64,000 nt of DNA, taken from Bacteroidota bacterium (lineage in GTDB: Bacteria > Bacteroidota > Bacteroidia > J057 > JADKCL01). The position numbers and the translations under genes are program-made. The stretch covers positions 91,277-155,276 of the forward strand of contig JADKCL010000004.1 in assembly GCA_016718825.1 (NCBI GenBank), read 5' to 3'. Below are positions 29,571 to 39,483 of this stretch, piece after piece. Within the stretch, counting starts at the first letter, position 1, and every line of letters starts with the position of its first letter. The notes under the pieces are model-generated. The model saw only the letters and a list, made by a program, of their open reading frames with translations. It ran no database searches and was not told the DNA's origin.

Positions 29571-30094
29571 GGTGGACTGCCAGTCGACTTATGAGCAATC
29601 AACATTGGCGCTCCAAGAGAATTATCAAAAATCGTAGCTTCGCTCACGACCGGAAGGTAAATCCCAAACAGATTCTGCAGACCGCTTACATACCTTCTTC
29701 GGATAACATCTGTCTCAATGTTGTGCCCACCATTGCGCACTCTTTCGGCGACACGGTCAATGGCCAATTGAACGCTGTCCAACCAAAAAAACAACAAAGT
29801 CACGACGTACCCTTTCGCCTTGGCTTCCTCCACGGTCGTGCGGTAGCTTTTCGTTGCGAGGGTGGTCTCAAAAGCAAAGGTTTCGCCGCGCTCCAGAAGT
29901 TCGTCGATGCGCCTGAGCATGATCCTGCCAGCTTCAAAAGCAACCTTTTCCGGCTGAAAGGGCGACAAGCCGCGGGCTATTTCGTCGGCATTGACAAACT
30001 CTTTGCAGTTCAAAATCTCGGGCAAAATGGTAAAGGATGCCGTCGTTTTTCCAGCTCCATTGCAACCTGCGATGATAAATAGGCGCTTGACCAT
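29465..30094 (-). CDS. zeta-toxin-like P-loop ATPase (AAA_33), C-terminus probably truncated
   Basis: AGCNGAGKTT, FVNADEIARGLSPF, FETTLAT, RVRNGGHNI, FDNS; final ~35 codons are antisense to the M28 gene. Confidence 0.8.
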   Translation of the reverse strand: MVKRLFIIAGCNGAGKTTASFTILPEILNCKEFVNADEIARGLSPFQPEKVAFEAGRIMLRRIDELLERGETFAFETTLATKSYRTTVEEAKAKGYVVTLLFFWLDSVQLAIDRVAERVRNGGHNIETDVIRRRYVSGLQNLFGIYLPVVSEATIFDNSLGAPMLIAHKSTGSPPQTRPSQFSTNRISTSFMDSSACGLMFAATSRRVW

Positions 30095-30173
30095 CGATCA
30101 AAGATAATCCATTTCAACGGAAATCATCCATTCGAAGTGGACCAGAAAAGACGCGCTTGTCCAATCGTCTCCT

Positions 30174-30839
30174 TTACCCCTGCTTCCCGTGGATCATCCT
30201 TGAAACTAGACCATTGTACTTGGTCATGTCGGCACGTAGAACCCCAAAAAGGTGTACTACGATGTAGGCGTACATTCCCCATTGGCCGAGTTCGTGGATT
30301 TGTTTGATCGGGCGGTGGTAGGTGTCCAACAATTCCACATCATGCTCAAACGCAAGGCCCAATCCTGTTGCTGCCATCACGAAAATCAACAGGTAAAAGA
30401 CCAAATACCCACGCTTGACCCAGATGTAATGCAGGCGATCCCGTTTTTGGACATCCGATGTTGGGGAAAGCTGCAAAGCACGCTTGATCTTGTTACGCAT
30501 TTTTTCCTCCTTCGAGACGACCACTTCGATCAACAAACGGCTGAATAACAGGAAATTAATTCCATAGCCGATCCAAGTATGGAGCACCCAGAGCTTTTCG
30601 GGGAAGTAGTGCGCGATGCCGCGTGCTTGTTTTTCGCTGAGTTCGACGCCGCGGTTGAGGGCCTCCTCCATGACCGCCGGCGCATTGGCACGGGTATCAA
30701 AAACGTATTCGGCGAGCATCACCAAGACGATCGTGCTGATGAGCAAAAGGGCAAATAGCCAGTGCCAGAGGCGGATCAGGGCTGGATGGCGTTCATTGAA
30801 CAGGGCCACGCTGCCTTGCGTTGTCGCGGAATTCTCCAT
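30174..30839 (-). CDS. cytochrome b/b6 domain (Ni-hydrogenase b-type-like) membrane protein
   Basis: RLWHW, WVLHTWIGY, MAATGL, IHEL...VVHLFGV...SRMIHG. Confidence 0.85.
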   Translation of the reverse strand: MENSATTQGSVALFNERHPALIRLWHWLFALLLISTIVLVMLAEYVFDTRANAPAVMEEALNRGVELSEKQARGIAHYFPEKLWVLHTWIGYGINFLLFSRLLIEVVVSKEEKMRNKIKRALQLSPTSDVQKRDRLHYIWVKRGYLVFYLLIFVMAATGLGLAFEHDVELLDTYHRPIKQIHELGQWGMYAYIVVHLFGVLRADMTKYNGLVSRMIHGKQG

Positions 30840-31049
30840 ATCTCCAAACTAATAGCCTCAACCGCCGCATTCTCCATTGGCAGCCCGGCTGATGTACATT
30901 TTGCTGCCGATTTCGGGAAAGGAGACGAAAATTCCTAATGCGATGCCACGAATTGTCAACCACAGGCGTTTGGATGCCCATCCAATTTGGCTTCACACTC
31001 CCCACTGCGAACAAGATTCGGCCCAAAATTCCGGAGATCCTTGCCTTCT

Positions 31050-31922
31050 CTACCGCAAATAACCATTGATCGTGGCCAAATTGGGCGCGACGTGGGTACT
31101 GGAAACGACACTGCCGGCAGCGACGAAAATGGCTTGCTCGAGGTGGCTGTTGCGCGCCGCCTCGCCCCGGAAAAGGCTGAATCCTTCGAATACATTGATC
31201 CCATTCACCCGCAGGAAGGAGCCAAATCCGCCTGAGGAACAGTAAGATGTAATCACCAAGGTCTTGCCGACGGGCACTGTGTAAGTTGCGCCCACGAGAT
31301 TGACGGAAACCGGAGTCACCTGCTTGTCGACTAGGTAGCCATTGAAATTGGTAGTGGTCTTGCCGCTGATCACGTCGCCCGGCCCCGCGAGCAATGGACG
31401 CAGAAAAGCCCCCATCGCGTCTTGGTCGCCACGATTCGTGTAACCAATCATCATCGTGATGGCGTTGATTTCGAGTGAGTTGGTCGTATTGCCGACATTG
31501 TTGTGGACGTTAGTGATGTAGAGGTTTTTGCCGACGGGCACGGTGTAGGGAAAAGAGGTGCCGGCAAGCGTGATTGGCGTGATGGTAACATGGTCGTCGG
31601 GATGGTACCAATCCGGGCCGCCGCTTCCCCCGCCACCGGGTGCCGGTCCCCAAGTGGCATTGCCCAGCAAAACCGTATTGGGATCCATTGAAAATTCGAA
31701 GCGGCGAAGGGTTCCCAATGGGTCAGCAATCACCAAGGCGCTATCCGGTCCTGCCAACGAATCGGAGCGGATCCAACCGGCAACATGCAACTTGGTGAAT
31801 GGGTTGCTGCGGCCGATACCGACGTTTTGCGCTGACAGCGAAGCAAAGGCCAAACATCCAATGCTCAAAATCGACAAAACCACCTTACCATTCCGAAACC
31901 GGATTCCAAATAGCTCCAACAT
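31050..31922 (-). CDS. secreted protein with NVGIG tail-fibre-like N-module and a duplicated YTVPVGK domain
   Basis: SAQNVGIGRSNPFTKLHVAG; two YTVPVGK(N/T)L.IT...(L/I)...N.I units. Confidence 0.7.
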   Translation of the reverse strand: MLELFGIRFRNGKVVLSILSIGCLAFASLSAQNVGIGRSNPFTKLHVAGWIRSDSLAGPDSALVIADPLGTLRRFEFSMDPNTVLLGNATWGPAPGGGGSGGPDWYHPDDHVTITPITLAGTSFPYTVPVGKNLYITNVHNNVGNTTNSLEINAITMMIGYTNRGDQDAMGAFLRPLLAGPGDVISGKTTTNFNGYLVDKQVTPVSVNLVGATYTVPVGKTLVITSYCSSGGFGSFLRVNGINVFEGFSLFRGEAARNSHLEQAIFVAAGSVVSSTHVAPNLATINGYLR

Positions 31923-32226
31923 ACCTACACGTGCGAAAATGTAATTCAGGAACCAAGTTAGCGATTTCAGGTGATTGCAACTTCATTGGATTAAGAATCG
32001 GGGTTAGCGATGAATCCGACGAAAACCACCTGGCAACCACTTGAGGACGCAATCCAATGACAAGTATCTCCTGCGAAGTCCCATTTGAGCCAATTTGGAG
32101 GTGGCACGAAAATTCGCGATGCTTGCATACTGACGCCCAAGCTTAAATGACCAATGCAGGTGCATGTCATGATAGGCGCGAGAAGGTCCACATTCGAATT
32201 CGTTCACATTAACCATTTTGAATCCC

Positions 32227-33321
32227 ATGAGCTTCTTCAAAAAATTATTCGGCAAAAAAGAGCAGCCCATTCGCAGCTATGCAGATTTCTGGGCTTGGTT
32301 TCAGGAACATGCGCCGAACTTTCAAAGTGTTGTCAAGCGAATGGGAGATATTCAGAGGGACTTTTTCAGCCACGTTTCCCCAAAATTGGGCGAGTTGCAT
32401 GAGGGATTTTACCTGTTGACGGGTATGCAAGACCCGGAGACAGTGGAATTGGTCTTTTCGGCGGAAGGGAATTTGCGGAATTTCGTTTTTGTCGAAGAAC
32501 TCGTTGCTGCAGCACCTCCGATCCCAGGATGGACCTTCACAGCTCACAAACCTGCCTTCGACAGCACCACCTTTGGCGTCGAAATGGAGGGCATCCAATT
32601 TGACCACAAAACGTTGCATTTCTATCCGATCGAGGATTCAGCGTTCCCGGATTTGATTCAAATCGCGGTCGTACATCGCGATTTGACAGCCGAAAACCGC
32701 CCTGTGATCACCAACGGCTGCTTCGTATTTCTAGACAACTACCTTGGGGACCTGAGGGTCGTCACCGAAATCGATCAGGTTTTCATCGTAGGAAAGGGGG
32801 ATGCAGCCGGCGAATTGATGACCATGGACAAACTTGGCCCCTACCTCACGTGGCGGCAAGCTGAATTCGTTGAAAAATACGAGGGCGAAAGACAGAATAC
32901 CGAGCATGGCAACTACGCCATCATGGAAGCAACGCTGCAAAACGGGAAAGGGCTCATTGCAACGATCAACCAAGATCTGCTGCAATGGGACCGAAAAGCC
33001 TCGCATCCTTGGATGGTGATCGTGGAAATCGGCTATCCCGCTGACGGCGATCACGGCATGCCCGACCAATCAACAGCCGATTCGCTGAATACCATTGAAG
33101 ACAAAATCATCGCCCAACTCCCTGACCATGAAGGCTATCTCAACATTGGGCGGCAAACTTCCGAAAACCTCCGATCCATCTTTATGGCCTGCCGGGATTT
33201 CCGGAAACCGTCTAAAGTGATGGAGGCGATTGAAAAGGAATACAAGGGCAGTTTTCAGATTGAATTTGAGATCTTCAAGGACAAATACTGGCGAAGTGTA
33301 GAGCGGTTTGCCAAGCCGTAG
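32227..33321 (+). CDS. DUF695 domain-containing protein
   Basis: MSFFKKLF...DFWAWF, FSAEGN, W.FTAHKP; C-terminal NIGRQT, DKYW. Confidence 0.75.
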   Translation: MSFFKKLFGKKEQPIRSYADFWAWFQEHAPNFQSVVKRMGDIQRDFFSHVSPKLGELHEGFYLLTGMQDPETVELVFSAEGNLRNFVFVEELVAAAPPIPGWTFTAHKPAFDSTTFGVEMEGIQFDHKTLHFYPIEDSAFPDLIQIAVVHRDLTAENRPVITNGCFVFLDNYLGDLRVVTEIDQVFIVGKGDAAGELMTMDKLGPYLTWRQAEFVEKYEGERQNTEHGNYAIMEATLQNGKGLIATINQDLLQWDRKASHPWMVIVEIGYPADGDHGMPDQSTADSLNTIEDKIIAQLPDHEGYLNIGRQTSENLRSIFMACRDFRKPSKVMEAIEKEYKGSFQIEFEIFKDKYWRSVERFAKP

Positions 33322-33402
33322 CCGAATTGACACCGCTTGATTCTACAGCTGAAAGATAGCTCGGAGGCACCATTTCGCTGATTCTTCCAGTCGATCGGCC
33401 AT

Positions 33403-34080
33403 TCAATTCTTGAAAACTTTGTAAACTGATTGACTACCCGCAGTACCAATTTTGATCCAATACATGCCTGCCGGAAAAGACCGAATATCAACTGAAGCGC
33501 CGGCATTCAAGGTGGTGTAATAGCAAACTTGTCCCAAAGCATTGGTGAGTGTTAGCTCCAATCTTCCGACTGATTTGCGCGAAATCACCACAAATTCGTC
33601 CACCACGGGGTTAGGGGCAATGGAAAAGCCGTTAGAGGGTAAACCTTCATTTGCGATGCTAGCCAAGTTCACAACCTCGAAATTCAAAGTCACGCTGTTG
33701 GAATCTACCGGAACGCAAACGGTGTCATTGGAAGAAATGGTTCCCAAGTAATTCACTGTATAAAATCCTCCCTGCAACGGTCCAAGCATTGTTGTATCCA
33801 AAAACGTCCGTGGAACGGTCAGCATCCCATCCGCAAAACAGCCATTCAATTGGATCAAATTTCCTTGCAAAGAGAAACTGTATGAAATTTCTTGACCGTA
33901 GCCAGGAGTCGTCGTTTGTGTCACGATCCTCACCGAATCACTTGTGGTAGGCTGAGTGGGAATGATCTCGATTGGGGAAATGTATGGGCAGCAATTCGTT
34001 TGCGCATTGAACGAACCAACAATTGCTACCAAAACGAGGCAGGTGAGAAGAATCTTGCGGATGGTTTCGGGATTGATCAT
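33403..34080 (-). CDS. small T9SS type-A sorting domain protein
   Basis: Signal peptide; IAPNPVVD...NALGQ...PAGMYWIKI...YKVFKN. Confidence 0.8.
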   Translation of the reverse strand: MINPETIRKILLTCLVLVAIVGSFNAQTNCCPYISPIEIIPTQPTTSDSVRIVTQTTTPGYGQEISYSFSLQGNLIQLNGCFADGMLTVPRTFLDTTMLGPLQGGFYTVNYLGTISSNDTVCVPVDSNSVTLNFEVVNLASIANEGLPSNGFSIAPNPVVDEFVVISRKSVGRLELTLTNALGQVCYYTTLNAGASVDIRSFPAGMYWIKIGTAGSQSVYKVFKN

Positions 34081-34127
34081 CAGGAATTATGATTACGTTT
34101 CAATGCAAGCCTTAAGCTATTCATTTT

Positions 34128-34646
34128 TCAGATTTCTTGCAACTTGATTGCACTGCGGTAGATCTTCTGAATGCTCCCCTTTTCCTCCCGCGCGCAAATC
34201 GCCTCGAACGCAGGCAAAAGATCTGCATTGTGCGGCGTTTTAATCTTGAAAATCTCGCCCAAGGCAAAGGCTGCACTCCATCGCACGACGGTTCCTTCGT
34301 GTTCGGTATTGGAAAGCAAGTTGCCGATGGCTTCCTCCAAATGGCCCGGAAAAAGGTAGGCTATGTTTCCAATCACCCTGGCCGATTCGCATTTCACGCG
34401 TGGTGCCTTGGCTTTCAATGCATTGGAAACAAATTGAAGGCAGTCCAACGTAGCCAATGCTGGATTTTGTTTTGTCGCGTATTCCAAAGCTTCGATACAA
34501 GTGGCTTTCAAAGGATCCTTTGCCTTCCCTGCGAACAACAGCAAATCTGCCACCGATAGGCTTTGGTTCAGCAACGCCGTACTGAGCGCGTTGGTCTTTT
34601 CCTTGGGCTTTAACCCCTTGTCGTTGAGCAACTCTCCGATGTTCAT
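34128..34646 (-). CDS. HEAT repeat protein
   Basis: PRVKCESARVIGNIA, GTVVRWSAAFALGEI. Confidence 0.75.
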   Translation of the reverse strand: MNIGELLNDKGLKPKEKTNALSTALLNQSLSVADLLLFAGKAKDPLKATCIEALEYATKQNPALATLDCLQFVSNALKAKAPRVKCESARVIGNIAYLFPGHLEEAIGNLLSNTEHEGTVVRWSAAFALGEIFKIKTPHNADLLPAFEAICAREEKGSIQKIYRSAIKLQEI

Positions 34647-35293
34647 TTCCCTGTTTTCCTTGCGATCAGAATTAAATCCACATCCCCATCCGGCCCTGCT
34701 GCGCGAACCCGACTTTCGTAGAGTAAATCGAATCCGCAAGCCTTGAGCTGCGCTGTCAAATAGCCGGCTTCGTGAAAATGCATAAAAATTTCATCGCCTT
34801 GGCTGCCTTTGCGAATTCCCGATTTTGCATAGTCGTCTTCCATGGTGCTGATGTAGAGGACGCCACCCGGTGCGAGTTTGGTTGCACTATCTTGAATGAA
34901 ACGCAGCGCCTCTTCCTTGGAAATGTACGGAAAGAAAAATGCCGCGACAATCGCATCCAACTGCTCCGGAACTTGCAAGATGGCCCGACCGTCCAGAAGC
35001 TCAAATTGCGCGGTCGGATTGTTGGCTTGGGCGAGGGCCAACATATTCGGAGATAGATCAGTGCCCAAAATCTGCAAATCCGGGCGCTTTTGCAGCAAAT
35101 ATTGGGTAACATTCCCCGGGCCGCATGCGACCTCGAGAACTTTTGCAGCCTTGACCGATATCGCGGCAAGCAAAACATCCAAACTGTCGTGGTAAGCGCT
35201 GATGTCCATGAACCGCGACTGATAGCCTTCGGCGTATTTGTCAAAGATGCTGGCAGCGAATTCGGAGTGATCCATGGATTCCGGATGTTTCAT
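34643..35293 (-). CDS. class I SAM-dependent methyltransferase
   Basis: VLEVACGPGN, GTDLSPNML, LAPGGVLYIS. Confidence 0.9.
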   Translation of the reverse strand: MKHPESMDHSEFAASIFDKYAEGYQSRFMDISAYHDSLDVLLAAISVKAAKVLEVACGPGNVTQYLLQKRPDLQILGTDLSPNMLALAQANNPTAQFELLDGRAILQVPEQLDAIVAAFFFPYISKEEALRFIQDSATKLAPGGVLYISTMEDDYAKSGIRKGSQGDEIFMHFHEAGYLTAQLKACGFDLLYESRVRAAGPDGDVDLILIARKTGK

Positions 35294-35297
35294 GGGC

Positions 35298-35855
35298 TCA
35301 GGCGATAAAACGTTGATATTCTTGAATCTTCAAGGCCAATCGATTCGCCAAGTAGACATTTCCATCCTTCAAAGCGGCATGAATCAACTTTGCCTCCTCC
35401 AAATAGGCCCGTTTCTTCTCATTGCTCCAATAAAACGGTGGCGCGTACAAATTGCAGATACGGTCGGCCATTTTGACTGCCCAGATTTCGTGGGGTTGCT
35501 GCCGAATGCGGGCAAGACTGTCTTGCATCTTCTCGTCCTTGTCGGCAATCGCAGGACTTTTGGTCAAGGCAAGCACCCCTTCGGCAACGGCAAGGCCAAA
35601 TTTCGCTTGAATTTCCTCGAAAGTGATTCCGGTATCTTCCAAGCTATCGTGCAAAATGGCGCATGAAAGGGCCAACTCGGCGTTCATATTCGCCGTCTGA
35701 TCCAAGGCCGCCATCACCTCAAACACCACACTCCCGATGTGATTGATATATTCAATCTGCTGTCCCTTCGCCGGACCGCCATACTTTTGGCCGTCGTGGA
35801 GTTCGGTGGCGAGCTGCCAGATATCTTGAAGTGTATCGATGGACCAATTTTTCAT
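35298..35855 (-). CDS. HD domain protein, small alarmone hydrolase / MESH1-like
   Basis: H..Q, YINH, AILHDSLEDT, GV.ALTK, VKMADRICNL; no synthetase domain. Confidence 0.82.
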   Translation of the reverse strand: MKNWSIDTLQDIWQLATELHDGQKYGGPAKGQQIEYINHIGSVVFEVMAALDQTANMNAELALSCAILHDSLEDTGITFEEIQAKFGLAVAEGVLALTKSPAIADKDEKMQDSLARIRQQPHEIWAVKMADRICNLYAPPFYWSNEKKRAYLEEAKLIHAALKDGNVYLANRLALKIQEYQRFIA

Positions 35856-35889
35856 GTGCTTGCGGCTTTTGTCTTCTTCGAATCAGGCT

Positions 35890-36273
35890 TCAATTTTTCC
35901 GTTTGGGCTTCTTGACGACCAATGCCTCGTCTTCCATGATGCGGTGCAAGACGATCCGACGTACAAGTTCCAACGGCAGCGGCTTGTCAAGCGGAAACTG
36001 AACGGCACCTTTGGACCATTTGAAATCCTTGAATTCGTGCTGAAACGCAGCGATTCCGGTCCCCGAGGGATAAAATCCGATATGGCCTTTGTAGCCTGCA
36101 AAATAGACCAAAACGCGTTTCATTTTGAAGGCCGGCATCTGGTAACTGATGCATTCGACGGCCAAGGGAGCTGTTTCGCGAATCACCGCCCGGAGTTGTT
36201 GAAGCAATGCCTGCGTCTCCGCCGGAAATTGGGCGATGTATTGATCGATGTTTTTAAAGGCAACGGGATTCAT
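35890..36273 (-). CDS. DUF1801 / YdhG-like domain protein
   Basis: IDQYIAQFP, ISYQMPAF, HIGFYP, KGAVQFPLDKPLP. Confidence 0.9.
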   Translation of the reverse strand: MNPVAFKNIDQYIAQFPAETQALLQQLRAVIRETAPLAVECISYQMPAFKMKRVLVYFAGYKGHIGFYPSGTGIAAFQHEFKDFKWSKGAVQFPLDKPLPLELVRRIVLHRIMEDEALVVKKPKRKN

Positions 36274-36402
36274 GCGCTTTTGGATTGGACAAGGAAGGGA
36301 AATGCATCCTTTTGCCGAAATTAATCATTTTGCGTTTGAAGAGGAACGGTGTTTCACGACAGTTTCCGAGGGGCTTTGCGAATTTCCGATTATCTTTGCC
36401 GA

Positions 36403-37041
36403 ATGGATTCTCGCCTTCCAATTCGCAGGTTCGGGCTTGGCAAATTGCTTTTGCTCAACATCTTGTTGCTGCTTGCTTCGCGGGTTTCTGCCCAATCGGA
36501 GGATCCGCTGGTGGAGCGCTTTTCGCTGACGCTGGACGATGGCCGCGTGTTGCTCAACTGGGTCACGCGCCCGGGCACGACCTGCGACGGCGTGGACGTA
36601 CTGCGCGCGACCGACAGCATTCATTTTGAGCTGATCCACCACATTCCAGGCATTTGCGGCGGCCCCAATGATGCGTTTTCGTATTCCTTCCTAGATGAGC
36701 ATCCCATCGCCAATCATACGAATTACTACCGCATCGGCTTTGACCGCTTGGGAGAATCCACGATTCGGTCCATCGATGTGGTGACGTTGGATGCGACTGG
36801 ATTTCAGGTTCGCCCCAACCCTGTGACGGATGTTTCACGGCTGTATTTTGCAAATGAAAACCGCGAAGTCTGCTCCCTGAGTCTGATCGATATGGGCGGA
36901 ATTGTCCAAGGCGAATGGCAAACCTCGCAAGATTTTTTTGTGGTGGACGGCACGGACTTGTTGCCGCAGCTGTACGCCTTCCGCATCCAAAACACAGAGG
37001 GCCAAGTGATTGCGAAGGGTAGATTGTTGGTACAGAAATGA
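36403..37041 (+). CDS. secreted protein with probable T9SS CTD
   Basis: Signal peptide; LLNW...YSFLD.HP...NYYRI Ig/Fn3-like module; VRPNPVTD...YAFRI...GRLLVQK. Confidence 0.7.
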   Translation: MDSRLPIRRFGLGKLLLLNILLLLASRVSAQSEDPLVERFSLTLDDGRVLLNWVTRPGTTCDGVDVLRATDSIHFELIHHIPGICGGPNDAFSYSFLDEHPIANHTNYYRIGFDRLGESTIRSIDVVTLDATGFQVRPNPVTDVSRLYFANENREVCSLSLIDMGGIVQGEWQTSQDFFVVDGTDLLPQLYAFRIQNTEGQVIAKGRLLVQK

Positions 37042-37083
37042 CCCTTTGCCGTGTCCATTCTCAAAAGACCTGATTTTCAACCC

Positions 37084-37266
37084 ATGAGAATCCCCCCCAT
37101 CGACACCGAAGAAGAATACGAAGCCGCCCTCCTGCGGCTCGCTGAATTGTTGGAAGACCTCGACGCAGACTCCGAGGATGAGGACGAGGAGCGGGAGGCC
37201 TTGTTGGAGGCGATTGAGGCGTATGAGGATGAACTTTTACCAAAGCAACAATTGAAGTCCACCTAA
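37084..37266 (+). CDS. small acidic protein resembling the N-terminal domain of HigA antitoxins
   Basis: IDTEEEYEAALLRLAELL...EREALLEAIEAYED; no HTH domain, no toxin. Confidence 0.55.
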   Translation: MRIPPIDTEEEYEAALLRLAELLEDLDADSEDEDEEREALLEAIEAYEDELLPKQQLKST

Positions 37267-37277
37267 ATTCAAAATCC

Positions 37278-37819
37278 ATGCCCCGATACATCGCCCTCCT
37301 CCGCGGGATCAACGTCAGCGGTCAGAAAATCATCAAAATGGTCGACTTGAAGGCCATGTTTGAAGCGGCGAATTGCACGTCCGTCGTAACCTATATTCAA
37401 AGCGGCAATGTCGTTTTTGAACATGCTGAAGCGGATGCTGCTGAACTGCGACGGCATTTGGAGGTTCACCTGAAGGCATCGCTCGGGTATGCTGTGCCTA
37501 CGCTTCTGCGCACGCACGGGCACTCGCGGCGATTGTGTCCAAAAACCCATTCGACGATCAACTTCCGGAATTTGGCAAGCGGATGTATGTCTGTTTCCTT
37601 GAAAATGCTCCCGATACCACGGCCATTGCCGCCATTGCGCCTTACACCAATCCTGAGGAACAACTGCAGGTCCATGGCTCAGAGGCCTTTGTGTACTATG
37701 CCGGCGGCTTGGGCAAGGCAAAATTGACGAATGCGATCATTGAGCGGAGGCTGGGCATGGCCACAATGCGCAACTGGAACACGGTCAATACCTTGTTGGA
37801 GATGTCCAAGCCCAATTGA
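37278..37819 (+). CDS. DUF1697 domain protein, split by a probable 1-nt deletion
   Basis: YIALLRGINVSG, TYIQSGNVVF in one frame; ALAAIVSKNPF...TMRNWNTVNTL in the next; break at GGG 37518-20. Confidence 0.85.
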
Positions 37820-37827
37820 GACGAGAT

Positions 37828-38262
37828 ATGGCCTTTGAAGATGATCAAGATTTCAGAAGATTTCTCAGCAAATTCGAACCTAACGTGCAAGAAATTGCCT
37901 TGGGAATGCGTGAATTTGTCTGGCGACGCTATCCCGAAAGCAATGAACTGATTTACGACAAAAAGAATGGGCTTTCAGTTGGATGGGGATTTACGGACAA
38001 GGCAGGCGACATTTTTGTGAGTTTTGCCTGCTATTCCAAGCATGTGAACTTCGGGTTTCATCATGGGAACCTGCTTGCTGATCCTCAAAAAATGCTGTCG
38101 GGTAGCGGCAGCCAATACCGGCATATCAAGGTGTCGCGTTGGGCAGAGTTTCCATCTGCTGCAATGGAGGGCTTCGCGCAAGCTGCTTGGCTCAATGTTC
38201 TTGGAATGCTCAAACCGACGGCAAAACTGATTCAAGGCGTCACGATGGTGAAATCGAGCTGA
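37828..38262 (+). CDS. DUF1801-like domain protein
   Basis: NELIYD, HVNFGF.HG..L.DPQKML.GSG.QYRHIKV. Confidence 0.75.
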   Translation: MAFEDDQDFRRFLSKFEPNVQEIALGMREFVWRRYPESNELIYDKKNGLSVGWGFTDKAGDIFVSFACYSKHVNFGFHHGNLLADPQKMLSGSGSQYRHIKVSRWAEFPSAAMEGFAQAAWLNVLGMLKPTAKLIQGVTMVKSS

Positions 38263-38348
38263 AACATCCGGCGCAGAAATGAGTTTTCCATGCTGGCGAT
38301 TCCGTAACTTAGTAATGCCGGATTTGTCATTCTGCCGATTCTGATCGT

Positions 38349-39443
38349 ATGAAAGGTTACCGTTTCTCCGAATACATCGCCCCTGAAAGCACGAAGACCA
38401 CCTTCGACAAGCTGAAGGGCATCTTTTTGCAGATTCTTGTGCACACCAACGGCGATGTGGATGAGGCACTGAACTGGATGAATCAACTCGACCGGAAGTA
38501 CCATCTGACGAATGATGCCTACGGTATGGGCGACTTCATCGAAGACCTTCGCAACCAAGGTTTTATCCGCGACAACGAGGAAGGAAAATTTGACCTGACG
38601 GCAAAGTCGGAGAAGACCATCCGGCAAAATTCGCTGGAGGAAATCTTCGGGAAGCTGAAAAAAGCCCGTCGCGGTGGCCACCGCAGTCCGCAGCATGGTT
38701 TGGGCGAAGAAGCAAGTGCCGACCACCGTCCCTACGAATTCGGAGACAGTTTGGAGCAGATTGCGATGACCGATTCGCTCCGCAATGCGCAGATCAACCA
38801 TGGTCCCGACAGCAATCGCTTGACTGAAAACGACTTGGAAGTCCGCGAAAACGAATACACAACAGCTTGCTCCACAGTGCTGATGATCGATATCAGCCAC
38901 TCCATGATTTTGTATGGCGAGGACCGCATCACGCCGGCAAAAAAGACTGCGATGGCCTTGGCGGAGCTCATTACCACGCGTTACCCCAAAGACACGCTCG
39001 ACATCATCGTCTTCGGCAACGACGCCTGGCAGATCGAAATCAAGGACCTCCCCTACTTGCAGGTCGGCCCCTACCATACCAATACCGTGGCAGGATTGGA
39101 GCTCGCCATGGACCTGCTCAGGCGGCGCAAAACGCCCAACAAGCAGATCTTCATGATCACCGACGGCAAGCCAACCTGCATCAAGGAAGGCATCAAATAC
39201 TACAAAAATTCATGGGGGCTTGACCGCAAGATCATCAACAAGACGCTCACTTTAGGCGCACAATGCCGCAAATTGAAAATCCCGGTCACGACTTTCATGA
39301 TCGCCAAGGACCAATGGCTACAGGAATTTGTGCAGGAATTTACCAAAGTCAATGCAGGCCGGGCGTTTTACAGTGGATTGAATGGCCTCGGGGAGTTTGT
39401 GTTTGAGGACTATCAGAAGAATCGCCGGAAGACGGTAAGGTAG
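38349..39443 (+). CDS. von Willebrand factor type A domain protein (partner of Mg-chelatase-like AAA ATPase)
   Basis: MIDISHSMILYGEDRITPAKK MIDAS, YHTNTVAGL, MITDGKPT. Confidence 0.9.
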   Translation: MKGYRFSEYIAPESTKTTFDKLKGIFLQILVHTNGDVDEALNWMNQLDRKYHLTNDAYGMGDFIEDLRNQGFIRDNEEGKFDLTAKSEKTIRQNSLEEIFGKLKKARRGGHRSPQHGLGEEASADHRPYEFGDSLEQIAMTDSLRNAQINHGPDSNRLTENDLEVRENEYTTACSTVLMIDISHSMILYGEDRITPAKKTAMALAELITTRYPKDTLDIIVFGNDAWQIEIKDLPYLQVGPYHTNTVAGLELAMDLLRRRKTPNKQIFMITDGKPTCIKEGIKYYKNSWGLDRKIINKTLTLGAQCRKLKIPVTTFMIAKDQWLQEFVQEFTKVNAGRAFYSGLNGLGEFVFEDYQKNRRKTVR

Positions 39444-39483
39444 GAAACAAAAAAAATATCCCTCTCATTATCACCCAATTCAC

